Assembly (NCBI RefSeq): GCF_006345805.1
Contig: NC_043017.1
Coordinates: 5,766,001 to 5,830,000 of the forward strand
Reading direction: 5' to 3'
Length of the DNA stretch: 64,000 nt
Origin: Octopus sinensis
Lineage: Eukaryota
Both the position numbers and the translations under genes were made by a program. Below the pieces are notes generated by a model. That model searched no databases. It had not been told where the DNA came from and saw only the letters and a list, made by a program, of their open reading frames with translations. Shown in pieces: positions 51,702-64,000 of this stretch (position 1 is its first letter; the number at the start of each line of letters is the position of its first letter).

Positions 51702-52254
51702 TGTATGTATATATGAGAGAGAAAGAGAGCGAGAGAGGGAGGAGCCAGTGAGTGAGCGAGCGAGTGGTGGATGGAAAGAGAGGACGGTTGAGAGACAGAT
51801 AAAGTATTCGATAGATCGATCGAATTGATTAATAATGAAATGATTGATTGATAGCTAACAGAAATGGGGTGGGGCCCAAGATATTGAATTGAGGAGAACA
51901 AACACTAAGTGTATATATATGAGAAAGAGACAGACGGACAGAGATAGAGATAGAGAGAGAGGGGGAAGAGAGAGAGGGAGAGAGAGAGAGGAATGGTAAG
52001 TGATTGAATGGAAGAAAGGAGGAAGTAGGAAGTAGTGGAAGACGAAAAGATGAAAGGACTGATAAAGAAAGGAAGAAAGAATTTGGAAAAAGTGAACTAG
52101 TTCGGAACCAATGAATAAGATCGGTGAATAACCTATGTCGTAATACAACTTAATGCTATATATCACACAGACACACTTTACTACTAGTCATTTTGTCGTA
52201 TCTCTTCCCCTCTCCCTCCCGCCCTCCCACTCTCTTTCCTTCTCCCTTTATACA

Positions 52255-52316
<62 letters not shown>

Positions 52317-52729
52317 CACCACAACACACACACACAACACATATATATATATAGATATATATATATATATATATATACTACACAGCATAATATATTCACA
52401 CATTTATCTATGGACATATATATACTTGTATCAATATATATATATATATCTATATATAGTATACATGTATGTATGTATGTATGTACATATACATTCACAC
52501 ACGAGGTACAATCGCACATATACATACAACGTTTACCCCCGTTTCATAATCACAGAGTAGGCACACGCATATACACACACGCACACACACACACACACAC
52601 ACACGATACATACAAACACACATACGCATGCATAACGTTTAGCTCCCTCTCATAATCACAAAACAGGCACAAAGACACATATATACACACACACACACAA
52701 ATATATGCACATGCACGCGCATCTGCATC

Positions 52730-52764
<35 letters not shown>

Positions 52765-53128
52765 ATAAACACAACACACAAACACACAGACATAAACACG
52801 CACCGTGTCACTGACACGTACAGGTATACAACAGAAGCGTGCTTAGAGACACACGGACATACGTGCGCACGCAAACATACAGACACACACACACACGCAC
52901 GCACACACATACACACCGGTGAACCTACTAACCTTGTATCAAGTGGAGGTGACTCAAATATAAATCCATTATTACATAATGCATACACGCGGCTCTGGCG
53001 TGCGTATATAATAAACCCATGCCTACATACACGCAAACATACACGCTCGTGTTTTTCTTATAGCAATATATACCATGCACACGCGCTGAAAATTAAACCT
53101 AGCACACAGATATCTGTACGTATATGTG

Positions 53129-53176
<48 letters not shown>

Positions 53177-53190
53177 TGATAGGACAGACA

Positions 53191-53295
<105 letters not shown>

Positions 53296-53387
53296 TGTAT
53301 GATATGTATGTGTATATATATATGTATGTATATATGTATATATATAGATAGATAGATATAGATATATATATGTATGTATGTATGATG

Positions 53388-53422
<35 letters not shown>

Positions 53423-54066
53423 GTATGTATGTATGTATGTATGATGTATGTATGTATGATGCATGGATGTATGTATATATATATATGTATGTATGTATAC
53501 ATACATACACAGAAATGTATATCATCATGAACATCGTCATCTACATTATGATCATCATCAACGTCGTCGTCATCGTCGTCGTCGTCATCATTGTCGTCGT
53601 CTTCCCCCATATTCGTCATCTTCGTCGTCGTCATCATCATCATATCATCATCATCATCATCGTTATTGTCGTGGTGGGACAGTGATGTACACTGATAAAT
53701 ATACACACAGACTGCCCCCTCCACAGTCACACACACACACACACACTATGTCTCTTGGCACTACTAACCCATACACGTTAATATACAGACATATAGACTT
53801 ACCCATATATGATATACGCACATACACACACACACAGAGTACCACTGATATATGCATACCTGCGGTGCACACGGTATGAATGTATTAGGTACATACATAC
53901 ATATACACATATACATATACACTCTCCCACTTAAATATTAATAAATACCAACACAAATGTACACACTATTCCATAAGGATATAAGCTTAAGCCTACCCTG
54001 CCTTGTTCTGTTTCATTTCAGCCACATACAGTCACATTCCCTACTATGTACCCAGCCACACACACA

Positions 54067-54105
<39 letters not shown>

Positions 54106-54266
54106 ACCACACGCTGCCAGACAGATACTAAAACACACACACACACACACACATACACACACAAATGTAGACGCATACATGCATGCACATACATACAAAC
54201 ACGCACAGACTCATACACACGCAGAGACCCCCAAACACAATGACACACACACAAGCAGATACTCAT

Positions 54267-54298
<32 letters not shown>

Positions 54299-54388
54299 AC
54301 ACATACATACGCTGAGACGCACAAGCACAAACACACGTACGCACATACTCGCACGCTTACAACCATACACTCACACATAGTCTAGCAT

Positions 54389-54419
<31 letters not shown>

Positions 54420-54429
54420 CACAAACACA

Positions 54430-54468
<39 letters not shown>

Positions 54469-55139
54469 CGCACACACTGCAATACACATTATTACTTACA
54501 TATATCACCAAATACAAGCACATACACACACTACCATATATGCACTGCCTCACACAACCTTAGACACAATACAACATAATACATCTTACCACATACACAT
54601 ACTTACACAAATGCTACTACACAACCACTCATATACTACCACATACACACATACTACACTACAACCTACACTACAACAAACCACATCGCCCGTTTCACAT
54701 ACACAGACACGACTGCATGCACATTACATGCCTCACGCTTTCCTATACGCTACCTCACACACACAAACAACACAGACATACACACACATACACACACATA
54801 CACATACACACACCCGCACACACATACTCACACACGGACAACACGCACGAACAACAGATATTACGACACACACACACAACACCACACACACACACACACT
54901 AACACACGTGCATCTGCTCGCACTACAACACTTACTACAGCACATATTGGGACTAACTCATTCATACACCACACAATACAGTATTACACACCACCCGACA
55001 CACACACAGACAGTGACACATCAGTGATCAATATTATTCAACAAACACTATGGGATAATATGAATCACGTGATCTCTCTACCTTGGACACTCTTTTCTTT
55101 TAGTATTATTTCTTTTACTACTTGGAATCGATAGTTCTA

Positions 55140-55760
55140 ACCCTTGATGTTATTAACATTGTTGTTGTTGTTGCTGTTGTTGTTATGATTCTTGTTATTA
55201 CTTCTGTGGTGGTACATGTTGTTATTGTGTTATTACAGTTATTGTGTGGTGGTGTGTGATGTGGTGGAGGTAGTGGTTATTGCTATGGTCGTCCTGCTAA
55301 TTATGAGTCTCGTTACAAATATTGTGGCTACTACTGATTATTATTACTGATAGTGTTCTGATTATAACTTTATGGTTATTACTGATGTTGTTATTACTCT
55401 AGTTTGGATTAATAACACCTCTTTAGTTGTAGTTATTACTTGTAGTGGCTATTTCTGACATTACTTTGGTTATTGCGGTTATGGTAGCGACGGTGATTAC
55501 TGAGGTAGTGGTTATCACAGATGTTGTAGAGGTTATTATTGATGTTGCAGTGGTTATTACCGGTGTTTTATGTGTGCATGTAATAACTGTTACTTCAGTG
55601 TATTACTTTGCTGTGACAGTGATTATTACTATTGTTTTGGTGATCATTACTGCTGTGGAGTGATGGGTACTGCTGTGGTTGTTGTTTTTGGTGGTTATTA
55701 CTGTCATGTGATGGTTATTACAGTTGCTTATTTTGGTTGCTATTGGTTTGGTGGTTATTA
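55140..55760. repeat. Degenerate GTT/ATT/GGT low-complexity array
   Basis: Recurring gttattac(t/a)g units. Confidence 0.8.
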
Positions 55761-55822
55761 GTGTTACGCCGTTTCGTTGGTTAACTCTATAGCTGTTCTT
55801 TTGGTCATTATTACTCTTACTG

Positions 55823-56128
55823 GCAAGGAGACAACCTTCAAAGAAATCTGGAGTGGAGCCCCATAGGCGGTTTAGTGTTCGACTCGACACTCTTCCGGTA
55901 GATCCTGCAACCAAGCTGGTGCCAAACATAATGCTCTGCACTCCTTTGGACTACGTCAGCAAAGTTGAGAGGGGAATCCTGACGATTTGGCTACCCAGGA
56001 TTTTCTTACATCTAGCCCAGGCCTGCGCAAAACTGGGGAGAAAACTGGAGAGGACATGGAATGTAAAAACCAGACTGGATTAGTTTATGCGCAACTCCAT
56101 TCTCTCCCGAGACAAAAGGATACCAACA
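55823..56128 (+). mobile_element. Unclassified 306-bp insert
   Basis: Flanked by the 10-bp direct repeat actcttactg (55813-55822, 56129-56138); higher complexity than its surroundings; short ACA tail. Confidence 0.5.
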
Positions 56129-56138
56129 ACTCTTACTG

Positions 56139-56471
56139 TTGCTGTTGAGCGAACGGTCTTCGTCTCAGAGCTCGCAAGATGGGAGAACTCCGAAACGTGG
56201 TCCTTTGCTATTCGTAAGACCCGCAGAAGAGAAAGCAAATCAACCCCCGACACCGAGAGCATCGACGGATGGATGAATGCGCATCCAGGCTCAGCGGTTG
56301 CGTAGGAAGTCGGGGACAAGAAATAGGAAGAAAGAGTGAGAGAAAGTTGGGGCGAAGGAGTACAACAGGGGTCGCCATCATCCCCTGCTGGAGCCTCGTG
56401 GAGCTTTAGGTGTTTTCGCTCAATAAACACACACAACGCCCGGTCTGGGAATGGAAACTGCGATCTTCCGA
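56139..56471 (-). mobile_element. tRNA-derived SINE, core X with tail T3, head cut by the gap
   Basis: Aligns with 23569-23900. Confidence 0.9.
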
Positions 56472-56571
56472 NNNNNNNNNNNNNNNNNNNNNNNNNNNNN
56501 NNNNNNNNNNNNNNNNNNNNNNNNNNNNNNNNNNNNNNNNNNNNNNNNNNNNNNNNNNNNNNNNNNNNNNN
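56472..56571. other. Assembly gap
   Basis: 100 consecutive N. Confidence 1.
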
Positions 56572-56710
56572 AATCGACCAAAAAGAGCCATAAAAGCCAT
56601 GTAAACAACAGAAACTGAGATTAAACGGGAAAGCAATCTCAACCCGGTCGATCGACATTTTATAGAAATCTCTTTTTCGTTTTTTTTTTTTAATCGTTTT
56701 ATATTTATTG

Positions 56711-56935
56711 TTTTACTTGTCTCGGTTATTAGATTGCGGCCATGGTGGGGCACCACCTTGAAAAATATTTGCTCGAATGAATCGACCACAGTACTTAATA
56801 ACATTTTAAAAAGCCTGATACTTACTCTATCGATCTCTTTTGCCGAACCGCCTCTGTTACCTTACGTCGACTTAAACACACCAGCACCAGTGGTCAAGCA
56901 GCTGTAGGGTACAAACACAGGTACAAAGACACACA
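56711..56935 (-). mobile_element. SINE family B, 3' half
   Basis: Reverse complement of the family B tail. Confidence 0.75.
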
Positions 56936-57014
56936 CGCAGCTACACGCACACACACGCAGCTACACGCACACACACGCATATATATATATATAATATATA
57001 TATATATAATATAA

Positions 57015-57200
57015 TAACGGGAAGCTTTATGAAAATAAACAAAAGACGAAGGCAGTGGAATACAAACAAACAATTGTATTAGTATGGCGCTCAGGAATAT
57101 AATAAAACAAGTCTTTTACGTTTCGAGCCTACGCTCTTCAACAGAAGATACACAGGAAAGAAAGAAACACAGAAAGAAACAAGGAGAAAAAAATGCGTGC
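57015..57200 (-). mobile_element. Short hammerhead-bearing element, family P1b
   Basis: Similar to 31940-32140; both ends abut (TA)n. Confidence 0.65.
57114..57147 (-). ncRNA. Minimal type I hammerhead motif (A6U variant)
   Basis: Minus strand: ctt CTGTTGA a GAGC-gtag-GCTC GAAAC GTA aaag. Confidence 0.6.
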
Positions 57201-57213
57201 AGAGGCTAGCGAA

Positions 57214-57249
<36 letters not shown>

Positions 57250-57255
<6 letters not shown>

Positions 57256-57680
57256 ATACAAAATGGGACAAGAACGCAAAGCATCCAAACAGACGATACG
57301 AAGAAAACAATGAGTTGTCTTTCCTCAGTCGAGTACCAGATTATCTTTGCAATTTCGGCTGGTTATACTCAAGATTGTTCCAATCTGGCCAGCTCCAAGG
57401 AAAAACTAACCCAAGAGCATTAGATTCCTTCAGAAAAACCAGCGAATGTATACAAAAACAAGGACGGAAAAAACGGAGAAATGTTACACAAATAGAAATG
57501 CAAATAACGGGACATAACAACAGGTGTCTTTCGACTAAGGACGAATTAAATCAAGCTGGTGTGTGTGGAAGTAAAGTCTCACGGCAGGGAAATAAGATTA
57601 GATGGGCACATGGAGGAATATAGATGTTGCACGGATGGTAGACGAACCAAGAAAGAAAGGTCACGCTTGGTCGAACACCG
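57250..57680 (-). mobile_element. (TA)n-anchored repeat, family P2, longer copy
   Basis: Aligns with 34696-35010 and 37150-37445. Confidence 0.6.
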
Positions 57681-57690
57681 GTCATGTGGG

Positions 57691-57722
<32 letters not shown>

Positions 57723-58120
57723 GAAGAATTAAGGAGGGGTAAGAAAATAATAAAAGGGACAGAGTGAAGTGAAAGAGGGGGAAAGTGAACATGAAGAGAG
57801 AAGGCCAGGAAATGTGAGAGAGGGGAAACGAAAAAAACGCAGAATGGAATGAACGAAGTAAGTGGAATGAACGAAGTAAGTGGAATGAACGAAGTAAGGC
57901 TTATAGGAAGAAGGAAAGAATGAAAGAATAGAAAGATTAATAGAGTCGTACGAAATTTATATATATACTTACATATAAGAGACCAAAGTGTACGTACCCT
58001 GCTATATATTTTTATATATAAATATATAAATTATATATATATATACATTTGCATACACACACACACTCACACACACACACACACACACACACACATTATA
58101 TATATATATATATATATATA

Positions 58121-58335
58121 CCTTTTACTTGTTTCAGTCTTTAGACCGCGACCATGCTGGGATACAGCCTTGAAGGGATATAGTTGAATCAATCGACCCC
58201 AGTGCTAATTATTTTTTTGAAGCCTAGTACTCATCGGTGTCTTTTGCCGAACAGCTATGTTACTACGTTACTAAACGTAAACACACCGACACCGGTTGTA
58301 AAGCGGTGGTGGGTAACAGACAGGCAGACACACAC
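58121..58335 (-). mobile_element. SINE family B, 3' half
   Basis: Reverse complement of the family B tail. Confidence 0.8.
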
Positions 58336-58341
58336 ACGTAT

Positions 58342-58401
<60 letters not shown>

Positions 58402-58496
58402 ATAAAAAATATTATAAAAATACAAAATGGGACAAGAACGCAAAACACTCAAATAGACGACAAATAAAACGCAATTTCGGCTGATTAATATATATA

Positions 58497-58878
58497 TCTC
58501 TCTATATAAACGGCAGTTTGTCTCTGTGTGTTTCTGTGTGTCTGTTTGGTTGTACCCTCACCCTGACCACTGCTTTCAACCGATTCTGATGAAACTTGAC
58601 ACACACATAGCCCAATGTCATAATTCAAAACTAACGCAGCGAAAATGTTGAAAAGTTCCCCCAGTTCTGAAAAAAATCGATAAATTCGACATGGGGTCGA
58701 GAATCAGAAACACAAACCACAGACTGTCTAGGGGACGCAACTTGACCTTTTTTAACTCTCAAAAAAAAATTTACCATAATTTTTTTTGTTTTTTTGCTAT
58801 TTTTTGGCTATAACTCTCTAAAAATGCTTTATAGTTATTTCCCTTACAAACCTGAGCAACGCCGGGCGATACTGCTAG
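58497..58878 (+). mobile_element. Non-autonomous Helitron
   Basis: A|TCTCTCTATATAAA ... cctgagcaacgccgggcgatactgCTAG|T, inserted in an (AT)n run. Confidence 0.88.
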
Positions 58879-58911
58879 TATATATATATATATATACACA
58901 CACACACATAC

Positions 58912-59025
58912 TTCTTTCAGTTTCCATCTACGAAATCCCGAGGCTACATTAAAAGACACTTGCCCACATTGGTGCTGAACCCGGAACAATGTGATTGGGA
59001 ATGCAAACTTCTTAGCACCCAGCCA
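58912..59025 (-). mobile_element. SINE family B, degenerate 5' fragment
   Basis: cttctttcagtttccatctac...aagacacttgccc...gaacccggaac. Confidence 0.65.
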
Positions 59026-59629
59026 AGCTGTGTGGTAACAGTTGCCAAATTTCCTTTAAATCCCAACCCACTGTCTTAAAATGGAAAAGACGTTTTTGAT
59101 AACGCTGTGCCAGATATTAATTACAGCAAGAAAAAAAAAGATATGTGGGGAAAACCCGGGATGGTTGTTAATGGAAAGTCTTTGATCCGCTGTTAACTGG
59201 ATGAGAACTGACGTGGGGTTAAACAACGACAACAACAATAACAACAATAACAACAACAACAACAAACAATATTCCCACGATCAAAAATAAAATGGATGCA
59301 TAATTTTACCCTACACGTATTAATTAAAGATTACAAATTGTAACAAACATTATTTTAAAATACAAAAGTATTATTAAAGAGATTTCAAATACTAACAAAC
59401 AACTGGACAGAAAAATCCTTTTATAATATATTCATTAAGTTTTGCTGGTGATTTTTAATTACATTGCGCTGTTAATTCATTTAATTCTCTATTAAGAAAG
59501 TCATTATTTTTACTTGCATCCTTTAACATCGATCGACTCACTACAAAAGAGTTTCTGGAATGCTGTGACACGTGACTTCTATACATTCTGAAGGACGTTG
59601 GACAGGCAGAATCAGCGAATAAAACGGTG

Positions 59630-60490
59630 GTGGTGGCGGCGGCGGTGATGGTGGTGGTGGTGGTGCGTTAGCGGAATTTGGTAGAGCGGTGGTAGTGGTG
59701 GTGGTGGTGGTGGCAGCAGCGATGGGCTGAGGAATTGGTAGAGCGGTGAATAAAATGACGGTGGTAATGTTGGTGATGTTGATGATGGGCTATAGAATCG
59801 GTAGAGCGGCGAATGAAATAGTGATGATTGTGCTGGTTATGGTAACTGTGTTGTTGTTGGTGGTGGTGGTGGTTGTGCTGGTTATGGTAGCTGTGTTGTT
59901 GTTGGTGGTGGTGGTTATGTTGGTGGTTGTGTTGGTGGTGATGATTGTAGTGGTCGTGTTGGTTGTGGTGGCTGTGTCGGTTGTGGTGGTTGTAATGGTT
60001 GTGTTGGTGGTTGTAGTGGTGGTGATGATTGTGTTGTTGTTGTTGGTGGTGGTGGGCTAGAGAATTTATAGAGAGGCGGATAGAATGGTATCGGCGTTGG
60101 TAATGGTGGTGGATCTGCAGAAATGGTAGAACAGTGGATAAGATAGTGGTAGTGGTGTTGTTGTTGGTGGTGGTGTTGCAGGGCTGACAGAATTGGTGGA
60201 GCGGTGAATGAAATAGTGGTGGTGGTGCTGTATTAGCAGAACTGGTAGAGCAATGGTGGTGGTGATAGTAGTAGTAGTAGTAGTAGTAGAGGGTTGGCGG
60301 ATTTGGTAGAATCAATGGCAGTGAAGGTGGTGGCGGTGATGGTGATGGCCAACAGGATCGGTAGAGCGGTGCATAAAATGCTGGTGGCGGTAGTAGCGAA
60401 GGTGGTGGTGTTTGTGTTGCGTTAGTAGACTTTGTAAGGCGGTGGGTAGAATGGTGTGGTGGAGGGGTTGCGGATGGGGGTGGAGTGAAT
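59630..60490. repeat. Compound array: about 10 copies of a conserved ~25-bp motif separated by (GGT/GTT)n spacers
   Basis: Consensus approximately agaattggtagagcggtgaatraaat at 59673, 59731, 59794, 60061, 60119, 60189, 60238, 60297, 60353 and 60424. Confidence 0.85.
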
Positions 60491-60534
60491 TGGTACACTG
60501 TTAGATAAGATGACTTATAGTATTTATGTGCTGT

Positions 60535-60684
60535 CTTTACGTTCTGAGTTCAAATTGTGCCGAGGTCGACTTTGCCTTTCAGCCTTTCGAGATCGATAAA
60601 TTAAGTACCAGTTGCGTATTGGGGTCGATCTAATCGACTGGCCACCTCCCCCAAAATTTCAGCCTTGTGCCTAGAGTAGAAAAG
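60535..60684 (+). mobile_element. SINE family A, 5'-truncated
   Basis: 16-bp TSD agtatttatgtgctgt at 60519-60534 and 60685-60700. Confidence 0.92.
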
Positions 60685-60803
60685 AGTATTTATGTGCTGT
60701 GCTTTATGTAAACTTTTGAATTCTGCATGAATTAAGAAACGGTGGCGGTTAAAATTTGCTAAATAGAATTATAAGTTTGTTTACTAATAAAAATAGTCTA
60801 ATA

Positions 60804-61046
60804 CAGTGGTTTTCAACCGGGGTCGATATGGCCCTTGGGGGTCCACATAAAACACCGTTGTTATAACTTAGGGGTAATGAAATGGTTATACTTTTACAAT
60901 GAATAAAATATATTAATTTCTTTTAAATACAATTTCTTTTAATATTTAATTCTACGGAAATAACGGGATTACGGCGACGCGGGTCCACCCGAATAAAATA
61001 ATAATCAATGGGGTCCATAGGTGAAAAAAATGGGTGAGTACCATTG
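60804..61046. mobile_element. hAT/Charlie-like MITE
   Basis: TIRs cagtggttttcaacc / gggtgagtaccattg; 8-bp flanks gtctaata / atcaaata. Confidence 0.75.
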
Positions 61047-61449
61047 ATCAAATATTAGGGCATATAAGCCCTCGCAACAGGAAAATGGGTTTATTATTTC
61101 TGTTAGGGAGGCTTTTGTGCCCTAACTTCAGTCTATTTTCTATCGTCAATATACGGTGAAGGTTTATAATTCTATTTAACTCTTCTTCACGTTCTGACTT
61201 CGAATCACTCCAATGTCTTCCGCCTTTCCGAAATCGATAAAACATGTGTTAGTCATATACTGAGCAAGTTCGACCATTTTTGATTATGTCTAATTGTAAG
61301 AGTAAATCTTAATTAATAAGCAAATTATCGACACTGCGGAATTGAAAGGTAATTAGACCTGGGAGAGATTTGAAGTCAGAACATAAAAGAGACTTAATTA
61401 AACAGTACAAAGGTACTTTATGTGACTCCCTGTGTATATATGAATATCA

Positions 61450-62330
61450 ACAGCTATTTAATTCTCTACTCAGGTCCCTCTATAGCTGTGAACATTATCC
61501 TAACCCTCTGTTCCAATGGTTCTCAACCTAGGGGTCTGTATTATCCCTAGGGGTCCGTATCAGATTTTGTTGTTAAAATTTACGTGCAATAAATCAGTTA
61601 TACTTCTACAACACTTAAAACATTTTAATGATTTTTGAAAATACAATTCCTAATAATATTTAATTATAAAAACATAACAGGATTTATGGCTATGAGGGTC
61701 CATCGAAGTAAAATACGGAACAAAGGCGCCCATACGAAAAAACTGGTTGATAATCTCTGCTCTATTCCATATCCTCTAGTGCTGTGAACACTTTATGTAC
61801 ATGAGTTTTAATTCAGGTTCTTCTGCTTCTGTGAGCATTTTAGCTACATAGCACTCTATTCATGATCCTCAATAATTATGCATACATTAACTACGTAAGC
61901 CCCAATTTAAATCCCTCTATTCCTGTGAACTTTTAATGTACGTAATGTATATTAGACTATCTGTTGCCGTGAGGACTTTAGCGACATAATTCTCTATTCT
62001 AGAACCTCTGTTATTGAAAAACACATTATCTACACAGCCCTCAATTCAGATCCCGCCATGCAGATCCCTCTATATCGGTGAACTTTTAATGTATACAACC
62101 TTCTATTTTAGATAGTCTATTGCTACGAGTACTTTAACAACGTAATTCTCTATACCAGAACCTCAATTAATGGGAACGCATTAGCTACAGAGTCTTCTAT
62201 TCAGATCGCTCATTTACTTTGAACTTATTTTTTTCTACCCAACCCGCTTTTTCAGACGGTCTCTTGTTATGAACTGTTTATCTCTATAACCTTGTATTCA
62301 AGGCCCTCCAGTGTTGTGAACATTTTAGCA
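61450..62330. repeat. Ancient degenerate tandem repeat, about 48-50 bp subunits
   Basis: Recurring ctctattc..atccctctat..tgtgaac.tttta motifs; interrupted by the MITE at 61514. Confidence 0.7.
61514..61759. mobile_element. hAT/Charlie-like MITE
   Basis: TIRs caatggttctcaacc / ggttgataatctctg; 8-bp TSD ctctgttc / ctctattc (7/8). Confidence 0.85.
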
Positions 62331-62439
62331 GGATTATGTAATGGAAAACAAGATATATGCGTGTGTCACATTTAGCTTTTAAGTTCTGCTCTTGTAAAGA
62401 AGATTGATTTGGGAAAATGAACCACTGCAACATTCACGT

Positions 62440-62881
62440 TACACAACAACAACAACAACTACTACTACTACTACTACCTTCACCACCAGTACTGCTACTA
62501 CTACCACCTTCACCACCAGTACTACTACCACCATTATCACCACCACCACCACCACCACCACCACCACCACCACCGCCACCATCACATCCACCACCATTAC
62601 TACCGTTACTACACTACTACTACTACTACTACTATCATCACCACCATCACCACCATCACCACATTCACCACCACTACTACTTTTACCACCAACCACCACC
62701 ACCATGAACACCACCAATACCACCACCACCACCACCACCACCATCATCCTCATCATCACGATCATCATCATCATCACGATCATCATCACCATCACCACCA
62801 CTGCTACTATTACTACTAACACCGCCACCACAACTTTCACCGCCGTCGCTGCAGCCGCTGCTGCTACTACTGCTACTACTG

Positions 62882-62923
<42 letters not shown>

Positions 62924-62950
62924 TTATTATTACTACTACTACTACAATAA
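62440..62950. repeat. Compound (ACC/ACT/ATC)n trinucleotide array
   Basis: Direct reading. Confidence 0.95.
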
Positions 62951-63564
62951 TTAGCCCTATACCATAAGAGATGCACATTCAACATTGGCCCCTAATCCCA
63001 ATCCATTGCCCTCTTTGAACCCTATGCATGACAATGTCAGCGGTGTCACTAAATTTGATATTGTATCTAACCAGAGACTCATTAACCAGAGAAATCTGTC
63101 TTTCATAAAGATATATCGCTGTCATGATACAGCTCCGTGTCTTTATTTTTGTAATTCAAACGAATGCTTAATATTACATTTACTCTTCCCAAAGCATATT
63201 CCACGAACATTAATCTTTTTGAACCTTCAATCCTTATCAACCAACAAAATCTGTGCTCATGCAATTAACTATTCGCACTCAACTATTTATGCACACGCAC
63301 ACACATACACGTACGCACGCACGCACGCACGCACGCGCGCGCGCGCACACACACACACACAAGGATACGCATCCATAAGGGCACAAAAGGATTCACACAC
63401 CCACGCACTTTCTTATTGTGTTTATACATATATACATATATACTAAACATACACGCACATTTATATGTGTATGCATATATGTGATGTGTGTGTGTGTATG
63501 TGTATGTATGTATGTACATATATATATCTATATCTAACTATCTATCTATCTAGAATATTATATA

Positions 63565-63603
<39 letters not shown>

Positions 63604-63692
63604 GTGTATACGTACGTATATTCGTATATACATGCATAAATATTTATGTATATATATATATGCATATATGTATGTAATATCTATATCTATAG

Positions 63693-63733
<41 letters not shown>

Positions 63734-64000
63734 CATACATATACATATATACATGACTCTGTGTGTGTATATATATATATATATATACTAAAGGTTGTCG
63801 CGGTTATATATATATATATATATATGCATACACCTACTAAAGACACGACTGTGTTCAAGATACTCTTTTGTACTAAGGTTTTTTGGTATTCCCTCGTTAA
63901 TTCTTAATATTTGTATCAGTCATGTTCCTATGTCCATTAATGTTTCCCTGTCAGTCAACGCTTCAATAGCTTTTGTTGATTGATGTGTCGTTCCCAATAC

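Noticed and set aside
59630-60490. CRISPR array call; also the His-rich 276-aa ORF
   Set aside because: Eukaryotic context, low-complexity irregular spacers and no cas genes. The ORF is a simple-repeat translation.

Overview
Repeat-dominated eukaryotic non-coding DNA, most likely from an octopus (coleoid cephalopod). That assignment is inferred from the very high microsatellite density and from tRNA-derived SINE families I recognise from Octopus genomes. I found no host protein-coding exon I can support, and most ORFs in the track are translations of microsatellites. The real coding remnants are all degenerate transposon fragments: three pieces of RLE-type (R4/NeSL-like) non-LTR elements, an RTE-like LINE, and an inverted pair of Penelope GIY-YIG fragments. 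The window also holds about 30 SINE copies or fragments, five hAT/Charlie-type MITEs, single Tigger-, mariner- and piggyBac-type MITEs, three short Helitrons and a 100-N gap. Two signals stand out. First, about ten type I hammerhead ribozyme motifs occur in at least five unrelated short element families; they have palindromic helix III, usually lie 70-110 nt from an element end (often a (TA)n or (TA)/(CA) tract), and one lies inside an element with long terminal inverted repeats. Second, a 43-bp island present twice (42/43 identical) carries two perfect ROR/Rev-erb response elements 31 bp apart. All coordinates, pairings and identities were read by eye and need computational confirmation.
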